From Promethearchaeota archaeon (GTDB taxonomy: Archaea; Asgardarchaeota; Lokiarchaeia; Sigyniarchaeales; SOKP01), in the NCBI GenBank assembly GCA_019058365.1, contig JAHPZE010000026.1, forward strand, positions 1-64,000: a stretch of DNA of 64,000 bases. Direction: 5' to 3'. Made by a program: the position numbers and the translations under genes. Below the pieces are notes generated by a model. It was given only the letters and a program-made list of their open reading frames with translations. It was not told the DNA's origin and did not search any database. Positions 19,408 to 29,078 of the stretch are shown one piece after another (position 1 is the first letter of the stretch; every line of letters begins with the position of its first letter).

Positions 19408-21300
19408 TTATTCCATAGAATCTTCTTTATCAAAAAAGACTTCATAAAATAATTCTTTTTCTTCAGGTGATGAAGGAGGAGTTATTTTAGTATATCCCCC
19501 AGTTTGAATAATACGAACAGCACTTTTATTTTGAATATGAATATTTCCATACAGCCCTTTCAAACCTCTCTCTTTTGCAATGATAATTATATGTTGATAT
19601 AGAAAAGCTCCAATTCCTTTCCCTCTATAATCTTCTCTCACAATGAAGCTATACTCTCCCATATTTAATTTAGAGTTTAAATAATAGGTTGCATTTCCAA
19701 TCATTTTTTGATGTCCAATTTCCCCAATAAAAGCACCAATCGAAAAAATGTTGTTATAATCAATATTTACCTCAAATTGAGTTTTCGAGTGAGTGAACTC
19801 TTTTTTTAATTCAAAGAATCTTAAATATCTGTCTCTATCACTTAATGAATAATATAAATCTTTTAATAATGGCTCATCGGTTGTTTTCACAGGACGGATT
19901 CTTATTTTTTCCTTGCCTAATGTAGTATAAAAAGTCTCATATTCAGAAGGATAAATACAAATACGACCTTTCTCATCACAAGGTAATAATTGATCAGAAT
20001 AAATATATTTCAAATGTTTGGCAGCATCTAATAGTGATTGCCTAAATTTCGGATGAGCTATACAAATTAGTTCGATTACTCTTTCACGAATACTTTTTCC
20101 ATGCAAATAAGCAACACCCCATTCGGTCACTACATAATGTACATCTCCGCGTGGAAACATTATCCCTGCTCCTTCATCTAAATGAGGCACAATTCGTGAT
20201 TTTTTCCCATCTCGTGAAGTAGATGGGATGATTATGATTGGTTTACCTCCCTTAGAAAAGGCAGCTCCTCTCATAAAATCAATAGTTTCACCAAGTCCTG
20301 AATAGAAACGATAACCCTCTGTTGCAGCATTTACTTGTCCTGTTAAATCAATCTGCCGAGCAGAATTTATAGAAACCATATTGTTATTCATTCCAATATT
20401 TCGAGGGTTGCATACATAATCGGATGGATGAAACTCAATGAAAGGATTGTTATCTACAAATCTATATAATTTTCTTGTACCCAAAGCAAAACTAGTAATA
20501 ATTTTTTCAATATGGAAATTCTTTTTTCGACAGGTTAAAACACCTTCTTCTATAAGTGGTATTATATTATCTGTGATATAGTGAGAATGCATTCCTAAAT
20601 GTTTTTTATCTCCTAAAAACTTTAATGCAGCATTTGGTAGATCTCCAAACCCTACATGAATAGTAGATTTATTTTCTATTAGATTTGCTAAATTTTTACC
20701 TATTCTATCAGCGATTTCATCTGGTTCATCAAAGTGAAACTCTAACAATGGCGTATCATTATATACAAAATAATCTATTTCTTTCATGTGAATAAAACTA
20801 TTTCCTAAAGTACGAGGCATTTGGGGATTAATTTCAGCAATAGTCATATAAGATGATTGTGCTATTGGTTTAGCAATGTCTACATTAATTCCTAAAGAGC
20901 AAAAACCGTACGGATCAGGAGGAGAAACTTGAATCAAAGCAACATCAATATGCTTCCGACCAGTTAAAAATAATGAAGGAATTTCACTAGCATATATCGG
21001 CGTATAATCTGCCTGTCCCTTGTTAATTTCTTCACGAAGTGTCTTCCCTATAAAAAATGCATTATGTCTAAAAAGATCCTCTGCTTTATCTTTAAAATAT
21101 TTTTCAGGACCTATTGTTAAAAAATGGAGAATTTCAGTATCTATTAACTTTTCTGAATTTTTTATTAATTCCGAGGTTAAAAGCTGAGGCTCAGAGCATC
21201 CTGAGTCTATAAAAACTCTATTCCCTGAGATAATTTTTCCTATTGCTTGTTGGGCTGTAATTTCCTTATTCTTCCACTTTTCTTTCCAATTAAAATCCAT
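19408..21300 (-). CDS. Acetyl-CoA hydrolase/CoA-transferase-like domain fused to C-terminal GNAT acetyltransferase
   Basis: DVALIQVSPPD..GFCSLG, IDLTGQV, VVTEWGVAYLHGKS..ER...LI.IAHP.FR; GNAT IRPV...DE, RYLRFF, YRGKGIG. Confidence 0.9.
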   Translation of the reverse strand: MDFNWKEKWKNKEITAQQAIGKIISGNRVFIDSGCSEPQLLTSELIKNSEKLIDTEILHFLTIGPEKYFKDKAEDLFRHNAFFIGKTLREEINKGQADYTPIYASEIPSLFLTGRKHIDVALIQVSPPDPYGFCSLGINVDIAKPIAQSSYMTIAEINPQMPRTLGNSFIHMKEIDYFVYNDTPLLEFHFDEPDEIADRIGKNLANLIENKSTIHVGFGDLPNAALKFLGDKKHLGMHSHYITDNIIPLIEEGVLTCRKKNFHIEKIITSFALGTRKLYRFVDNNPFIEFHPSDYVCNPRNIGMNNNMVSINSARQIDLTGQVNAATEGYRFYSGLGETIDFMRGAAFSKGGKPIIIIPSTSRDGKKSRIVPHLDEGAGIMFPRGDVHYVVTEWGVAYLHGKSIRERVIELICIAHPKFRQSLLDAAKHLKYIYSDQLLPCDEKGRICIYPSEYETFYTTLGKEKIRIRPVKTTDEPLLKDLYYSLSDRDRYLRFFELKKEFTHSKTQFEVNIDYNNIFSIGAFIGEIGHQKMIGNATYYLNSKLNMGEYSFIVREDYRGKGIGAFLYQHIIIIAKERGLKGLYGNIHIQNKSAVRIIQTGGYTKITPPSSPEEKELFYEVFFDKEDSME

Positions 21301-21566
21301 TGCATTTATTCACTCCATTGAGAATGTTCACACTCAACTATAAATTTATTATTCATTAGTATTATATCTAATTAAACTAATATTTCTATTTTCATTCATT
21401 TAAAATTTTTGAAATTATAAATAAAATGTTTAAATTTCATTCATCTCTTTTTTGATTTAGAACATTTCATTTAAAAATTATATATTTTAAATGTTATGAT
21501 TAAATAAAAATTAAAAGTATACTACATGAACTTCAAATTTATTATAATTCAAAAATGTGAAAAAAA

Positions 21567-23546
21567 ATGTCAAAAGAAGAAAGAATGGAAAGTATTCTGA
21601 CAGAAAATCGAATTTTTAATCCCATTGATCTAAATTCTGAATTTGCAAAAACTGGAATATCAGTGGATGAATATAAAAAACTTTACAAACAATCCATAGA
21701 AGATATGGAAGGTTTCTGGGATGAACAAGCAAAATCTTTAGATTGGTTCAAACCATATGATAAAGTTTGGGAAAAAACTGATTTATTTCCTGGTAAATGG
21801 TTTGTTGGTGGAAAACTTAATGTAAGCTATAATGCATTAGATAGACATGTTAAAGCTGGAAAAGGAGATAAAATTGCTCTAATTTGGGAAGCAGATGAGC
21901 CCGGAAATGTAAGAAAGTTTACTTATAATGAACTTTTGAAAGAAGTCAGTAAAGTTTCTAATAGAATGAAAAAGCTAGGATTGAAAAAAGGAGATCGAGT
22001 AACAATATGGTTACCTATGATTCCTGAACTTGCGATCATTATGTTAGCTTGTGCTCGAATAGGTGTGATACATTCGATTGTATTTGGTGGATTTTCAAAA
22101 GAAGCTGTTAAAGATAGAATTGAAGATTCTAATTCTCGACTTCTATTCACAAGTGATGAAACCTTAAGAGCCGGGAAATTTTACCCAAAAATGGAAGATG
22201 TTGTTCAAATTATTAATGATGTTCCCACTATAGAACATGTTGTTGTTGTACAGCGTTCTGGCAGAGACATACCACATACTAACAAGGATATCTGGTATCA
22301 TGACTTTATTGAAGGTATGAGCGAGGAATGTGAACCAGAAATTATGGATTCTGAAGATACATTGTTCATTTTATATACAAGCGGAACGACTGGAAAACCC
22401 AAAGGAGTAAATCATACTACTGCGGGATATATCCTTTATACTTCATTTACTCATAAAATTGTTTTTAATTATCATGAAAGAGATATCTGGTATTGTACGG
22501 CTGATATTGGATGGATAACGGGACATTCTTATATAGTTTATGGTCCATTAGTAAATGGTGCTACATCCCTAATGTTCGAAGGAGTTCCAACATATCCAGA
22601 TGTTGATCGATTTTGGGATATTGTTGAACGTCATAAAGTAACTCATTTTTATACGGCACCTACTGCAATACGTGCTTTAATGAGATATGGTGATGAACCA
22701 GTAAAAAAACATAACTTAAGTTCATTAAAAGTGCTTGGAACTGTTGGTGAACCAATAAATCCAGAAGCTTGGACCTGGTATCATCGTGTAATAGGTAAAG
22801 AACGCTGTCCTATTGTTGACACCTACTGGCAGACAGAAACTGGTGGATTTATTATAACACCAATAGCTACAGCAACTCCAACAAAACCAGGTTCTTGCTG
22901 TGTGCCATTCTTGGGGATTAAACCAGTCATTTTTGATTTAGAGGGTGAAGTAATTACAGAACCAAACGAAGGAGGATACTTAGCAATTGCTCAAAGTTGG
23001 CCGGGTATGTTACGCGACGTTTGGGGTGATACTGAGAGATTTAAATCAACTTATCTCGAAAAATATCCTGGGCATTATTACACGGGTGATGGAGCTCGAC
23101 GAGATGAAGATGGATATTATTGGATTTTAGGTAGACTTGATGATGTTATTAAAGTGTCTGGACATAGAATAGGCACTATGGAAGTCGAGTCTGCTTTAGT
23201 TAGTCACCCTAGTGTTGCTGAAGCTGCTGTTGCTCCTTTTCCTCATAAAATCAAGGGTCAAGCAATTTGGGCATTCGTGACTTTAATTCAAGGAGTTCAA
23301 AAATCAGCTAAATTAGCCAATGAGATCAGGATGCATGTAAGAACAGAAATAGGACCTGTTTTCCAACCAGATGTAATTCAATTTGCTGATGACTTACCAA
23401 AAACTCGAAGTGGCAAGATAATGAGGCGAATTTTGAAAGCAATTGCCACAGGTACTGATATTGGAAATGTTACAACATTAGCTGATCCCTCTGTAGTTGA
23501 TGACCTATTAGAAGAACGAAAGAAATTGGATGTAGAAGTAGGTTAA
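21567..23546 (+). CDS. acs: Acetate--CoA ligase (AMP-forming acetyl-CoA synthetase)
   Basis: YTSGTTGKPKG, ADIGWITGHSY, VGEPINPEAW, DTYWQTETGG, PKTRSGKIMRR. Confidence 0.97.
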   Translation: MSKEERMESILTENRIFNPIDLNSEFAKTGISVDEYKKLYKQSIEDMEGFWDEQAKSLDWFKPYDKVWEKTDLFPGKWFVGGKLNVSYNALDRHVKAGKGDKIALIWEADEPGNVRKFTYNELLKEVSKVSNRMKKLGLKKGDRVTIWLPMIPELAIIMLACARIGVIHSIVFGGFSKEAVKDRIEDSNSRLLFTSDETLRAGKFYPKMEDVVQIINDVPTIEHVVVVQRSGRDIPHTNKDIWYHDFIEGMSEECEPEIMDSEDTLFILYTSGTTGKPKGVNHTTAGYILYTSFTHKIVFNYHERDIWYCTADIGWITGHSYIVYGPLVNGATSLMFEGVPTYPDVDRFWDIVERHKVTHFYTAPTAIRALMRYGDEPVKKHNLSSLKVLGTVGEPINPEAWTWYHRVIGKERCPIVDTYWQTETGGFIITPIATATPTKPGSCCVPFLGIKPVIFDLEGEVITEPNEGGYLAIAQSWPGMLRDVWGDTERFKSTYLEKYPGHYYTGDGARRDEDGYYWILGRLDDVIKVSGHRIGTMEVESALVSHPSVAEAAVAPFPHKIKGQAIWAFVTLIQGVQKSAKLANEIRMHVRTEIGPVFQPDVIQFADDLPKTRSGKIMRRILKAIATGTDIGNVTTLADPSVVDDLLEERKKLDVEVG

Positions 23547-23575
23547 ATTTCTAATTTTTTACATTTTTTTTATTT
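23547..23575 (+). terminator. T-rich archaeal terminator-like tract after acs
   Basis: Runs of T immediately downstream of the stop codon. Confidence 0.4.
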
Positions 23576-23794
23576 AAATTTCTATTTAGTCTTAGATTTC
23601 ATAACTATAATCATAAATATGAACATAATAATTGAATTAGAAATAGATTTAAATAAAAAAAAAGAATAAAAACGTTTTGAAAAATCTTTAAGAATCAGTT
23701 TATAAATTATAAAGTAAATTCTATTTCTTTATTATAACCTATGAGATAACATAATATTTTTAAATTAAAGGATTGAACTAATATTATATTAATT

Positions 23795-24430
23795 ATGAAA
23801 GAAGAAGAATCGTTAGAAAAATTAAAAAGCGCAATTTTAAAAGGAGATCCACATGAAGCAGTTGATTTGGTTAATAGATCCATTAAAATGGGAGTAGAAG
23901 TCAAAGAGATTTTGAATAGAGCAATTCTTAAAAGCGCTGAAGATGCTGGGAATTTATATGAAGAGGGCGAATATTTTCTTCCTGATTTGCTAATGACAGG
24001 TGATGCCATTAATGCCGCTACTGAAATATTAAAGAATTCATTAAAAGAAAAATCTGAAATAGAATCTAAAGGTACTATATTAATTGGAACAGTAGAAGGT
24101 GATATCCATGATATAGGCAAAAGTTTGGTAGTCTCACTATTAAAAGGGCAAGGCTTTGATGTTGTTGATTTAGGATCTGATGTTCCACCAGAAGAGTTTC
24201 TTCGAAAAGCAAAAGAAATAAATCCCAATCTGATAGGATTGAGTGGATTAATGACAATGAGCATCTCTAAAATGATAGAAACAGTTAATTTGCTTAAGAA
24301 TGAAAATATACAGTCTAAAATAATCATTGGTGGCGGAATATTGTCAAAAGAATCGTGTGAAATGATAGGCGCAGATGACTTTGCCAAAGATGGCTGGGAA
24401 GGAGTTAAAAAAATAAATAATTTAATTTAA
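23795..24430 (+). CDS. Corrinoid (cobalamin-binding) methyltransferase protein, MtaC/MtbC-like
   Basis: YFLPDLL cap, GTVEGDIHDIGK (DxHxxG), DLGSDVP, GLSGLMT, IIGGG. Confidence 0.93.
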   Translation: MKEEESLEKLKSAILKGDPHEAVDLVNRSIKMGVEVKEILNRAILKSAEDAGNLYEEGEYFLPDLLMTGDAINAATEILKNSLKEKSEIESKGTILIGTVEGDIHDIGKSLVVSLLKGQGFDVVDLGSDVPPEEFLRKAKEINPNLIGLSGLMTMSISKMIETVNLLKNENIQSKIIIGGGILSKESCEMIGADDFAKDGWEGVKKINNLI

Positions 24431-24452
24431 ATCTAAGAGGTATAAGAATAAA

Positions 24453-25532
24453 ATGGCTAAAGATTGGGTCGCTTCTGTAAATAGAATATTTAGGACAATA
24501 TCAGGATCAAAAAGAGTTGATAAAGTTCCGTTTCTGGCATTCGCCGGGGAACAAATGATTTGCCGAGTAACCGGAAAAACTGTGAAAGAATTATATAGTT
24601 CCCCAAAAGTCTATGCTAATGCTATTATAACCACTTTTGAGTTTTTGAATACCGATTCTATAAATGTTCCAAGTGCCTATGCAGGACCAAGTGAAGGTTT
24701 GGCATTTGCGGAAGCGAACAATAAATTAGATGCAATTAAATGGTTTGATTATCAACCTCCAATGTGTAAACAAGGAGTCATTTGTAAATCTGAAGAAGAT
24801 ATTGAAAAGCTGGAAATTCCAGATCATAGTAAGAATAATCTATGGAAAACTTCCTTACTAGCTGCAAAAATGATTAATGAAAAAATTAAATTTCCCCAGG
24901 TAATCAGTTTAAGTATTTGGTCTGTTGTTCAGGAGTTACGTGGCATAGAAGCCTATAAGGATATGCGCCGAAATCCGGATTTGTTATTAAAACTGTGCGA
25001 AAAAATTTTTGAATCTCAAATGGATATTTATGAGAATTGGCTTGAAATTGTAGGTATGCCTCCTAATGTTTTTATTGCAGGATACGCATTTAACCGTCAT
25101 ATGATGAGTTTTCAAGATTCTATGCGCTATGAAGGCCAGTTTATTAAGAGGATGATGAATAAAATAAAAGTTCCTTTTATGCTACATAATTGTGGAACTT
25201 CACCCTATTTTACAGAAGTCGTTAATGAAATTAATTTTATTGCCGTTAATGGTAGTCATCCGTTAGATATTGAATATTGGATTGATTTTAAAAAGAAACA
25301 TCCAAAAATTGTAATAATAGGTGCTAATATTGACGTAAGTCGAGAAATGCTAACAGGAACTCCTTCTGATGTTGAAAAAAAGGTAAAAGAAAACATTTTA
25401 AACCTAGCTCCTGGGGGTAGGTATATTTGTTGCCCCGTTTGTAGCTTACCATGGGGAGTACCCATTCCAAATATCTTAGCGATTCCAAAAGCAATTGAGA
25501 AATATGGACATTATCCACTAAAAGTAAATTAA
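24453..25532 (+). CDS. UroD/MtaA-CmuA family methyltransferase (MT2-like)
   Basis: HNCG and C-terminal CPVCSLP (H-x-C...C Zn-ligand pattern), GTPSDV; adjacent to corrinoid protein; AGAGG SD. Confidence 0.8.
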   Translation: MAKDWVASVNRIFRTISGSKRVDKVPFLAFAGEQMICRVTGKTVKELYSSPKVYANAIITTFEFLNTDSINVPSAYAGPSEGLAFAEANNKLDAIKWFDYQPPMCKQGVICKSEEDIEKLEIPDHSKNNLWKTSLLAAKMINEKIKFPQVISLSIWSVVQELRGIEAYKDMRRNPDLLLKLCEKIFESQMDIYENWLEIVGMPPNVFIAGYAFNRHMMSFQDSMRYEGQFIKRMMNKIKVPFMLHNCGTSPYFTEVVNEINFIAVNGSHPLDIEYWIDFKKKHPKIVIIGANIDVSREMLTGTPSDVEKKVKENILNLAPGGRYICCPVCSLPWGVPIPNILAIPKAIEKYGHYPLKVN

Positions 25533-25586
25533 AATTTAAAATTCATCTAAAAATATTACTCTTCCATTATTTTTTTTTCTTAGTTC

Positions 25587-25727
25587 CGATATGGGAAAAT
25601 AATGCTAAAAATATTAAAAGCTATTACCGCTGGCAATGATATTGGAAATGTAACCACATTAGCAGATCCCTCTGTTGTAGATGATTTATAAGTAGAACGG
25701 AAGAAAATGGATGTTGACATAGGTTAA
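25587..25727 (+). pseudogene. Degenerate duplicate of the acs 3' end (141 bp)
   Basis: Translates RYGKIMLKILKAITAGNDIGNVTTLADPSVVDDL*VERKKMDVDIG*; acs 23406-23546 reads RSGKIMRRILKAIATGTDIGNVTTLADPSVVDDLLEERKKLDVEVG*. Confidence 0.92.
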
Positions 25728-25937
25728 ATATATTTTTCATTTTTTTTATAATTTTAATTGAACTAGGCAAGTGTCAACCAATTAATAAGCATATTTACTA
25801 ATATTTCTCATTTTAACTTTTATGATATAATCATCCATCATATTTTCTATATTTAGCTATAATACACTTGATTTATAGTGTTTTAAAATTTCTTAGATTT
25901 TAATTTGAGCTTTACCTACAAAATAATCGCTTTTACT

Positions 25938-26780
25938 TCAACCTTTTGCAAAAGTGCCAATTGTGTATAGTAAATCTAATTTGATTTTAATTTCTTTTCC
26001 TAATAACATCTTTATACAGGCTCTATTTTCTAGTTCAGTTAAGTTAAATAATTCAAAAATTCTTTTTGGGAAGTATTGATGTTTAGCAATAATCAAATGA
26101 TCAGTTCCTAATACAATACTCCTATTAATTATCTGTGATGCTGCCTCTAAATTTGTGGCAATCAATGGTCCTAACCGCTTGTTTGCTAATAATCCATATC
26201 CTTCATTTTCAATGATTAAAATCTTAGCGCCCAATTTAATTCTCATGTTTAAATAATTAGTTCTATCAAATCCCATTGCTTTTTTATCTAGATTTAACAC
26301 CCAATCTGGAATTGTATTTAAAATGTTAACTTCTTTATAAGCAATTCTTAATTGTTGAGGTTGTATTGGCAACTGATACATCTTACCATAAAATCTTTTT
26401 TTAAAGCCAAACTTTTTATAAATGGGCTCTCCTAACTTGGAAGCATAAAGAATCTTGGTGTCACAATTCATTTTATTTGCAATTTCTAACAAATTCCTAA
26501 AAATTTCGGTTCCTATTCTCATTCCTCTGTATTCCTGCAATACAGCCATGTATCCAAAAGTACTAACTTTTTCAAATAAAAAAACACCCCCTATACCGAT
26601 AATCTCTCCTTTCTCTTCAGCAATAAGAAATTTTCCAATTTCACTTTCTATTAAAGCTTTCCATATTTTTTCTTCTCCTTTAACGTCTACTGGAGGTTTC
26701 CTATCAAAAGCAGAGTACAAAATGTTTATACATTTGGAAATCTCCTTATCAGTAGGTTCTCTAATATTATATTTTGTCAT
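25938..26780 (-). CDS. GNAT N-acetyltransferase (YitH-like, two-domain)
   Basis: MAVLQEYRGMRIG, YAS..G..IYKKFGF, LD..A.GFDR, LGPLIA; start ATG 26780 (ORF track gives GTG 26789). Confidence 0.85.
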   Translation of the reverse strand: MTKYNIREPTDKEISKCINILYSAFDRKPPVDVKGEEKIWKALIESEIGKFLIAEEKGEIIGIGGVFLFEKVSTFGYMAVLQEYRGMRIGTEIFRNLLEIANKMNCDTKILYASKLGEPIYKKFGFKKRFYGKMYQLPIQPQQLRIAYKEVNILNTIPDWVLNLDKKAMGFDRTNYLNMRIKLGAKILIIENEGYGLLANKRLGPLIATNLEAASQIINRSIVLGTDHLIIAKHQYFPKRIFELFNLTELENRACIKMLLGKEIKIKLDLLYTIGTFAKG

Positions 26781-26948
26781 AACAATCACTACTAATCATA
26801 CTTCTTAAAAGAATAAAAATAAATAAATCAATTTTTTATTAATATTTCAAAGATTTTTTTGTTTTCTTTACTTTACATTAAATTCTAAGATTTTAAGGTT
26901 TTAAAACTGAGTTTTGACAGTAACCTGATATTAGATAAGATAAAAACA

Positions 26949-28577
26949 ATGGAAGAAAAGGAAGCGGTTGAAATGCTTCTTTCAATTTTATCTACATCTA
27001 AAAATGTGGAAAATAAATCGAAAGCAGTTGATCTTCTGATCTCTTATAACGATATTGGAAAAAGTCGTTTTCAAGATGTAAAACGCGTTTTTATAAATGA
27101 TCAGCATCCCCGATTAAGAATAAAATTAATCGATTTATTAACAAATTGCTATAAAATAGATGGAATTAACTTCTTAAAAGAACAATATAAAAATTGTAAA
27201 GATGGTTCAGTAAGGAAGAAACTTCTTGAAAAGGTTGGAGAAGGAGATTTAATTGATTCAATACCCATATTCATTGATGCATTAAATGATCCAGATATTG
27301 AAGTCAAAAATGAAGCGATAACGCTATTAAGAAAAACGGATGTGAGTGATGTAATATCACCGTTAATGGATGTACTTCATTTTAGAAATATAGAGATTTA
27401 TAATTCTTTAATAGATGCTATTGTAAAAATTGGTAAAAAAGGAAATCTACAAATTATCAATAATTATGTAAATACTGAAGATTTTTATATCAAAAGAGAA
27501 ATTCCAATAATCCTAGGAAAAATTAAAAATAAAGAGAGTGAAGATGTTTTAATTAACTTTCTAAAAGATGAAAATTCGATAATAAGGAAGAATTCAGTAA
27601 AGGCATTAGATGGAATAATTGAATTAAGGAATGTAAAGCATATTATAGAACTTTTAAAAGATCAAGATATTAATGTAAGGAAAGAAGTTATTCGAGTATT
27701 AGGTAATATTGGAAGTAAGAGATCGATCAAGCCACTAATAGAATTATTAAAGGAAAATGATGTAAAAATAAGAAATCTTGCTAAAAATGCTCTTCATAAA
27801 ATTCTTGATAAAAATGAATTATACGAACCTCTTTATGAGGTTTTAAAAGGAAGAAATAATAATGCAAGAAGAGAAGCAATTAAATTATTAGGGATGCTAA
27901 AAGATGTCAATGCTATTGATTTATTGATAACCATTTTGAACAGTAAAGTACCAAGTTTACGAGGCTCTGCTTATCGATCTCTCTTAAGGATTTTAGATAA
28001 AAAAATTGATATTAAGATTATCAATTCACTGTCTGATAAATCTTGGCAGATTAGAATGTTTTGTATAAAAATCGTAGGTGAAATTGCTGATCCGAAAACC
28101 ATTAATCATGTGTTTAATTTAATTGAAGATGAAAATGGAAGTGTGAGGAGGGTAGCTGTGGAAGCATTAATTAAATATGAGAATAAAAAAGTTATAGAAT
28201 TTGCAATTGAATCATTGAAGAGTGAAAATTGGAGGACTCGGAGAGCAGCAGTTAAAATATTGTTAAGAAAAGGTAGTAAAGAATCATTAAATTCTCTTAT
28301 TTCTTGTTTAAATGATGAAGATGTATATATAAAAAGTTGGGCAGCTATGGCATTAGGAAAACTTAAAGATGTAGACTCAATTGATCCATTCATTCAATTG
28401 TTAAAAGAAGATGATGATAAAATCCGAATATCTGCAGTTAAAGCTTTAGGTGAAATTGGAAATAAAGATGCGATTAAACCTCTAATTGAAGCATTAGGAG
28501 AGGATAATTGGGATATAAGAAAAGAAATCGAAAATGCTTTAAATCGTCTTGATCGAGATTGGATAAACTATTTATAA
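26949..28577 (+). CDS. HEAT/PBS-lyase repeat protein
   Basis: Many L.D.D..VR..A...LG.IG repeats. Confidence 0.92.
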   Translation: MEEKEAVEMLLSILSTSKNVENKSKAVDLLISYNDIGKSRFQDVKRVFINDQHPRLRIKLIDLLTNCYKIDGINFLKEQYKNCKDGSVRKKLLEKVGEGDLIDSIPIFIDALNDPDIEVKNEAITLLRKTDVSDVISPLMDVLHFRNIEIYNSLIDAIVKIGKKGNLQIINNYVNTEDFYIKREIPIILGKIKNKESEDVLINFLKDENSIIRKNSVKALDGIIELRNVKHIIELLKDQDINVRKEVIRVLGNIGSKRSIKPLIELLKENDVKIRNLAKNALHKILDKNELYEPLYEVLKGRNNNARREAIKLLGMLKDVNAIDLLITILNSKVPSLRGSAYRSLLRILDKKIDIKIINSLSDKSWQIRMFCIKIVGEIADPKTINHVFNLIEDENGSVRRVAVEALIKYENKKVIEFAIESLKSENWRTRRAAVKILLRKGSKESLNSLISCLNDEDVYIKSWAAMALGKLKDVDSIDPFIQLLKEDDDKIRISAVKALGEIGNKDAIKPLIEALGEDNWDIRKEIENALNRLDRDWINYL

Positions 28578-28628
28578 AAATTGAATCTTATAACTAAATT
28601 GATTCTTTAAATATAAATAAGTTAAAAT

Positions 28629-29012
28629 TTACATTTTATTAACTTTTTGGATTATTTCCTCTAATTTACTTATAATAAACGAGATATTAGAGTCTCGATT
28701 TAAAATCAATATTAAAAAAGTTGAAATATCACATTCAAAAATTAGTATTGTTTTTTCTTCTAATTCAGCGATAACTTTTTTGAATTTTTGATTACCTAGT
28801 GTTTCTCCAATACCAACTGCGCTTTCTAAAACAGTGGCACACATAGAGGCAAACTTTTTTCTATCGAACTCAGTTTCTATATTTTCACTTATGAGTTCAC
28901 CATCTCTGTAGGCAAAAATTATCTCGTCTAGATTTCCCTTATTCTTAATTTCAGTAAGCAATGGAAACAATTCGTTAAAATTATTCGATTTAGAATGGTT
29001 CATATAGGTCAT
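28629..29012 (-). CDS. Roadblock/LC7 domain protein
   Basis: FAYRDGELISEN, FASMCATVLESA..IG..L pattern. Confidence 0.8.
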   Translation of the reverse strand: MTYMNHSKSNNFNELFPLLTEIKNKGNLDEIIFAYRDGELISENIETEFDRKKFASMCATVLESAVGIGETLGNQKFKKVIAELEEKTILIFECDISTFLILILNRDSNISFIISKLEEIIQKVNKM

Positions 29013-29078
29013 TATATTATTATTTCAGTTTCTATAAATATGGAAATTAAATAACACTATTTAATTATTATAATATAT

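Noticed and set aside
23707-24387. 226-aa minus-strand ORF
   Set aside because: Antisense shadow of the corrinoid protein gene, which has clear motifs; the shadow has none
23547-25937. Active mobile element around the acs duplication
   Set aside because: No integrase, transposase or terminal inverted repeats; the repeat is diverged, so at most an old scar
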